64,000 nt of DNA from an uncultured Bacillaceae bacterium (GTDB lineage Bacteria; Bacillota; Bacilli; Bacillales; Bacillaceae_L): assembly GCA_947497585.1 (NCBI GenBank), contig CANMHG010000013.1, positions 13,568 to 77,567 on the forward strand. Direction: 5' to 3'. The position numbers and the translations under genes are program-made. Positions within the stretch are counted from its first letter, which is position 1, and each line of letters opens with the position of its first letter. Positions 60,019 to 64,000 of this stretch are shown here, one piece after another. The notes beneath the pieces are model-generated. The model was not told where the DNA came from and searched no databases. It worked only from the letters and a program-made list of their open reading frames with translations.

Positions 60019-61152
60019 TTATAATTGAATCAGTTCTTTTACTTCTTTTGCCTTCACATCAATTACTTTCTCATATTGATAACCATATAGGCAGTAATAA
60101 CCATTTGGAGAAAAGTTGATAGGCAGGCTATCTACATCAGAAAGAATTGTTTCACTTTCAACAGCTTCAAGTGAAAATGCGATTAGTTCAAATTTTCCAG
60201 TGTATGTATCGTAACTTGCACTTTCGCCTGGTAAAAATGTGAAGAACTGCTTTTGGTTCGTAACATAATCGTGGTATGGTACATACCATCTTGAATAAGT
60301 TGTCAATAGTGGAACCATTATTTCTTTCTTTTTATCCATTGTCCTTATATCAAACAAACTGTATGTTCCCTTAGTTGTTTGGACTTTATCATTACTTACT
60401 GTAAAAAGGACGTCCTTAAAGGTTGTAAATGAGATTACGTCTTCCATCAATAGTTTTTCTTTATTTGCTTCAAAATCAAACGTGTATAGTGGTGCTCTAA
60501 ACATTGGCTCATTCTGATTCCACTTCATAAATGCAATGCTCTTTTTATCAAACCATTGCACAAAAGGCTCATTAACAGTATACGGAGTTACTGTTTCTTC
60601 ACCTATCTTTAAAACAAATGTTGAAAAAGACCAATCCTCTAAAAAGGCAGTAACAAAAACCTCATCTAAGACATTAGGGTTCCATACAAATTGCAAATCA
60701 AAGGAATTGATTTTCCAGTCATATATCTTTTCCCCTTCTTTGTTGACAACGAACAACTCCGCCACATTTCTTTCACTCGAGGAATGAATTAGAAATAGAC
60801 TATGATCTTCATTTGCCTTCATTGTTACGATTGGTGCATCTGTATGATAAAATAACTTTCTTTCTCCTGAGAACAGGTGGTAGTAATATATATCTGACCC
60901 TCCATCTTTGTCCACGATGTATAAAATACTTTCGTCATCAAACCACTCACCAACTGTATTAAATGCTTCTCCATTTATATCAAGAGATAAAATCTTTTGA
61001 CTAGTACTAAAAAAGGGGACGGGTACTTGTCCTTTCAGTACGTCCTTTTCTTCTTTATATGGCATATCGCTTACTTCATACAATTGATGAGAGGATTGAC
61101 AACCTGAAATGAAAATGACAGTAAACATTAAAGCGAATAACACTCTCACCAA
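60019..61152 (-). CDS. YqgU-like lipoprotein (probable beta-propeller)
   Basis: Lipobox ISG/C; SPNG.YCLYGYQ.EK C-terminus; synteny. Confidence 0.7.
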   Translation of the reverse strand: MVRVLFALMFTVIFISGCQSSHQLYEVSDMPYKEEKDVLKGQVPVPFFSTSQKILSLDINGEAFNTVGEWFDDESILYIVDKDGGSDIYYYHLFSGERKLFYHTDAPIVTMKANEDHSLFLIHSSSERNVAELFVVNKEGEKIYDWKINSFDLQFVWNPNVLDEVFVTAFLEDWSFSTFVLKIGEETVTPYTVNEPFVQWFDKKSIAFMKWNQNEPMFRAPLYTFDFEANKEKLLMEDVISFTTFKDVLFTVSNDKVQTTKGTYSLFDIRTMDKKKEIMVPLLTTYSRWYVPYHDYVTNQKQFFTFLPGESASYDTYTGKFELIAFSLEAVESETILSDVDSLPINFSPNGYYCLYGYQYEKVIDVKAKEVKELIQL

Positions 61153-61216
61153 TTTTCTTCACCTCTCATATATAGTCTATTACGATTATGATGCCTAGAA
61201 AGTTTCAATTCAAGAG

Positions 61217-61245
61217 AAAAAAGCCGAATTTCACGGCTTTTTTTT
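61217..61245 (-). terminator. Terminator after the M14 peptidase
   Basis: AAAAAAGCCG-N7-CGGCTTTTTTTT. Confidence 0.75.
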
Positions 61246-61318
61246 ATAGGTCTATTGGTATTTATCGTTCACTGATAGCTAAATTTCATTCGTATAGAAT
61301 GAGAATTTTGGTAATTAC

Positions 61319-62512
61319 CTACATATACAGTGATGCTAAAAATATACCTAGGCTTTCTTCGTATATTTCGTCAAATTGTGTTAAGGGTAACGGATTGACT
61401 CCTTCTCCTAATTCAATAGTAAAGCCAGGTCTTCGCCATTCATTTATAAACCAATCCTTATATCCAGCATGGCTATCAATAAAACGGACAGACTTATATC
61501 CACTTACTCTTTCAAATTCATTCGCAATTACTTCTGCGTATGGAGGCTCCAAGTCTTCGTAGCCCCAATAGAATTCTTCCCCTTGGGTATGAAATGCTAA
61601 CACTCTTGAATAATCTCTCTGTCTTGTTAATTCTGCTATTGCAATAGCTTCGGGCTCTGTTAGTGGAGCATCACCAGGATAGTCTCGTGGAGCCGGAGCT
61701 TTAGGCTCTTTACGCTCTTTTTCAACTTCCCATTTTGCAGGATATTGATTATTTAAATCCACACCACGTATATTGGCCTTCCAATTAGAAAAATCAAAGC
61801 TTCCATTATTTATTTCGACTACATCACTTTTATAAGGTTCTCTAGTAGGAGGGCCGTTTAACACCAAATCAACACCATCAGGGTTTACCATCGGGACTAT
61901 AGAAAGGGTAACCTCCTGATAAAATGGATTTGTTGTAAATCCTCGTAATGACGACAAATTCGTTAACGAAAGTAAAAACTGGTTAACAAATTTCATGATG
62001 ATAGCAGTAGTAATCCATTCATTTGCATGAAATGACCCATTAATATGAACACGTTTAGGTCCGTTACCAATTTGGATTTCTTGTATGTCTTTACCTAAGA
62101 CAGATTTACCAATAGACTGATATCGTACAAATGGATATATATCTGACAAATCGTTAAGGTCCTTAGTCATTAAGGTTGAGTCGTACTCTCTATTTGAATT
62201 AACAATAGGCTCTGTGACCCTTGATGGAACAACTATTTCTTCACCAACTTGAAGTGTATTTGGATTTTTGTCTGGATTTAACAATTGAATGGCATCAACA
62301 GCAATATTTCTTTTCGTGGCAACTCCCCAAAAGGTGTCACCTTTTTTAATTGTATAGGTAAGCTTACGAAATCCTGGTATATTAATTTCTTGGCCAACCT
62401 GAACATTTGAAAAATTCACGTTACGGTTTGAATCAAGAACTAGCTGTAATGGTAGTGCAAACAGCTGACTATAGTACCAGAGTGAATCCCCTGTTCGAAC
62501 TCTAATTCGCAT
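61319..62512 (-). CDS. LysM-containing M14 gamma-D-glutamyl-L-diamino acid endopeptidase (YqgT-like)
   Basis: Two LysM domains; SFHANEW, NPDG, GVDLNNQYP, AFHTQG; start reassigned to ATG 62512. Confidence 0.9.
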   Translation of the reverse strand: MRIRVRTGDSLWYYSQLFALPLQLVLDSNRNVNFSNVQVGQEINIPGFRKLTYTIKKGDTFWGVATKRNIAVDAIQLLNPDKNPNTLQVGEEIVVPSRVTEPIVNSNREYDSTLMTKDLNDLSDIYPFVRYQSIGKSVLGKDIQEIQIGNGPKRVHINGSFHANEWITTAIIMKFVNQFLLSLTNLSSLRGFTTNPFYQEVTLSIVPMVNPDGVDLVLNGPPTREPYKSDVVEINNGSFDFSNWKANIRGVDLNNQYPAKWEVEKERKEPKAPAPRDYPGDAPLTEPEAIAIAELTRQRDYSRVLAFHTQGEEFYWGYEDLEPPYAEVIANEFERVSGYKSVRFIDSHAGYKDWFINEWRRPGFTIELGEGVNPLPLTQFDEIYEESLGIFLASLYM

Positions 62513-62601
62513 ACACAATGACCCTCCCTTTAAGGTTCTATTAAACTGTATGTATAACATTTTACAATCATTCTTAAAGATATAAATACTATGTAGTAGT
62601 T

Positions 62602-62633
62602 AAAAAGCTCTGACCCAACGGCCAGAGCTTTTT
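62602..62633 (-). terminator. Terminator after the LTA synthase gene
   Basis: AAAAAGCTCTG-N10-CAGAGCTTTTT. Confidence 0.75.
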
Positions 62634-62637
62634 CTCA

Positions 62638-64000
62638 TTATTGCTTTAAGTTTTGTGATTGATCTTGATAAGACTTTCCATTATAGAAACGAAGTAAATC
62701 TCCGTAAACAATTTGATCTGAGTAATCTAGTTCTTGCTTAGCCTTTTTCATAAAAGGCTCACAGTATGCTTCTTTAGTTGGTTCTCCAGTTGATTTATCA
62801 TAACACGTATTTTTTGTGTAAACATAGTTTTCAGTGATGAAACTTCCATCTCTTAAAACAGCAAATGATAATTTTTGTTTAGAGAATACATCAGAACCAA
62901 AGTGAACATCTTCTTTCGTATCGATACCTAATAAGTGAAGGATAGTTGGTTTTAAATCGATCTGGCCGGAAACTTTAGAATAAGTTTGTGGATCCTTATC
63001 TGTTACACCAGGGATATGAATAATAAATGGCACACGTTGAAGTTGCACTGATTCAAATGGTGTAACTTCACGACCTAAGAATTGTTCCATTGCTACGTTA
63101 TGGTTTTCAGAAATACCGTAATGGTCACCATACATAATAATAATCGAATTATCATACAAACCTTCTTCTTTTAAACGAGTAATAAAGTGTTTAACAGCCT
63201 CATCTTGGTAACGAACAGTTGGAAAATAACGATTCAATGTTCGGCTATTTGATGTGAATTCATTTACCATTTTATCTTCTGGGTCAAGTTCAAACGGGAA
63301 ATGATTTGTTAGTGTAATGAACTTTGAATAAAACGGTTGTGGTTGAGATTTTAGATGTGCAATGGATTGTTCAAAGAAATCCAAATCCTTCAATCCCCAA
63401 CCTACAGAATTTTCTTCATTTACAACATAATCATTAATTTCAAAGAAACGATCATAACCTAATGCTCCATACATAATGTCACGGTTCCAGAAACTCTTAT
63501 CGTTAGCATGAAGAACTGAAGAGTAATAACCATAATCTTTAATAATCTCTGGCGTACCTTTAAATTCATTACCACTATGTGTGAAGAAAACTGCCCCTCT
63601 TCCGATTGGATATAGGGAATTGTCTAATAAAAACTCTGAATCTGATGTTTTACCTTGACCAGTTTGGTGGTAAAAGTTATCAAAATAGTAGCTATCCTTA
63701 ATAAAGTCATTTAAAAATGGAGTGATTTCTTGTCCGTCAATCTTTTCATTAATTACAAAGCTTTGAGTAGACTCCAAAGATATGACAATCACGTTTTTAC
63801 CTTGTGCAGCTCCAAATAATTCTTCATTCGGTTTCTTTTGGTTTGCCTTTAAATAGTTCTCAATTTCAATAAATGAACTACTATCAGCCATTGCACGTTG
63901 CGCCGAAGATTTAGACTGTAGCACAATATCATAAATGTGATAGTTATACGTACCAATATTCTTTACTAGCATTTCTCTATCAAACGTACGAGATAACAAT
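62638..64000 (-). CDS. LTA synthase family protein (YqgS-like), 5' end outside the window
   Basis: [21 protein letters not shown]...FWNR, TLTNH.PF, YGDHYG. Confidence 0.92.
   Translation of the reverse strand, partial: LLSRTFDREMLVKNIGTYNYHIYDIVLQSKSSAQRAMADSSSFIEIENYLKANQKKPNEELFGAAQGKNVIVISLESTQSFVINEKIDGQEITPFLNDFIKDSYYFDNFYHQTGQGKTSDSEFLLDNSLYPIGRGAVFFTHSGNEFKGTPEIIKDYGYYSSVLHANDKSFWNRDIMYGALGYDRFFEINDYVVNEENSVGWGLKDLDFFEQSIAHLKSQPQPFYSKFITLTNHFPFELDPEDKMVNEFTSNSRTLNRYFPTVRYQDEAVKHFITRLKEEGLYDNSIIIMYGDHYGISENHNVAMEQFLGREVTPFESVQLQRVPFIIHIPGVTDKDPQTYSKVSGQIDLKPTILHLLGIDTKEDVHFGSDVFSKQKLSFAVLRDGSFITENYVYTKNTCYDKSTGEPTKEAYCEPFMKKAKQELDYSDQIVYGDLLRFYNGKSYQDQSQNLKQ

Noticed and set aside
457-61562. 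Short antisense or alternate-frame ORFs in the track (e.g. 457-762, 4811-4993, 35581-35961, 53768-54232, 61188-61562)
   Set aside because: They overlap well-supported genes and have no RBS or motifs; shadow ORFs.

Overview
AT-rich Bacillaceae chromosome segment with two parts. The right part (about 47.2-64 kb) is conserved backbone: yqzG/yqzE, aroK, the comGA-GG operon, a chemoreceptor, tRNA-Gln, and the yqgS-T-U-V-W-X-Y region. The left part (1-46.5 kb) is a large accessory block beside a SinR-like regulator, at the position where B. subtilis has sinI/sinR and tapA-sipW-tasA. That block holds a roughly 36 kb minus-strand exopolysaccharide locus (13 glycosyltransferases, Wzx, an EpsG/Wzy polymerase, nucleotide-sugar and tailoring enzymes). 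Directly after it is a paeninodin-type lasso peptide cluster with TWO cyclases, each followed by its own short precursor gene that the ORF track missed (1023-1196 and 4768-4917). A FliB-family gene sits between the two modules, and a lasso kinase runs to the left edge. Reading the intergenic DNA shows 15 SinR-type GTTC-N8-GAAC boxes over both the EPS and lasso promoters. It also shows two 113-nt copies of an EAR/epsC-like antiterminator RNA, each behind a promoter of the same design. Other candidates are a catalytically dead sortase and a C-rich sRNA. All calls come from manual reading and motif recognition; no database searches were run.
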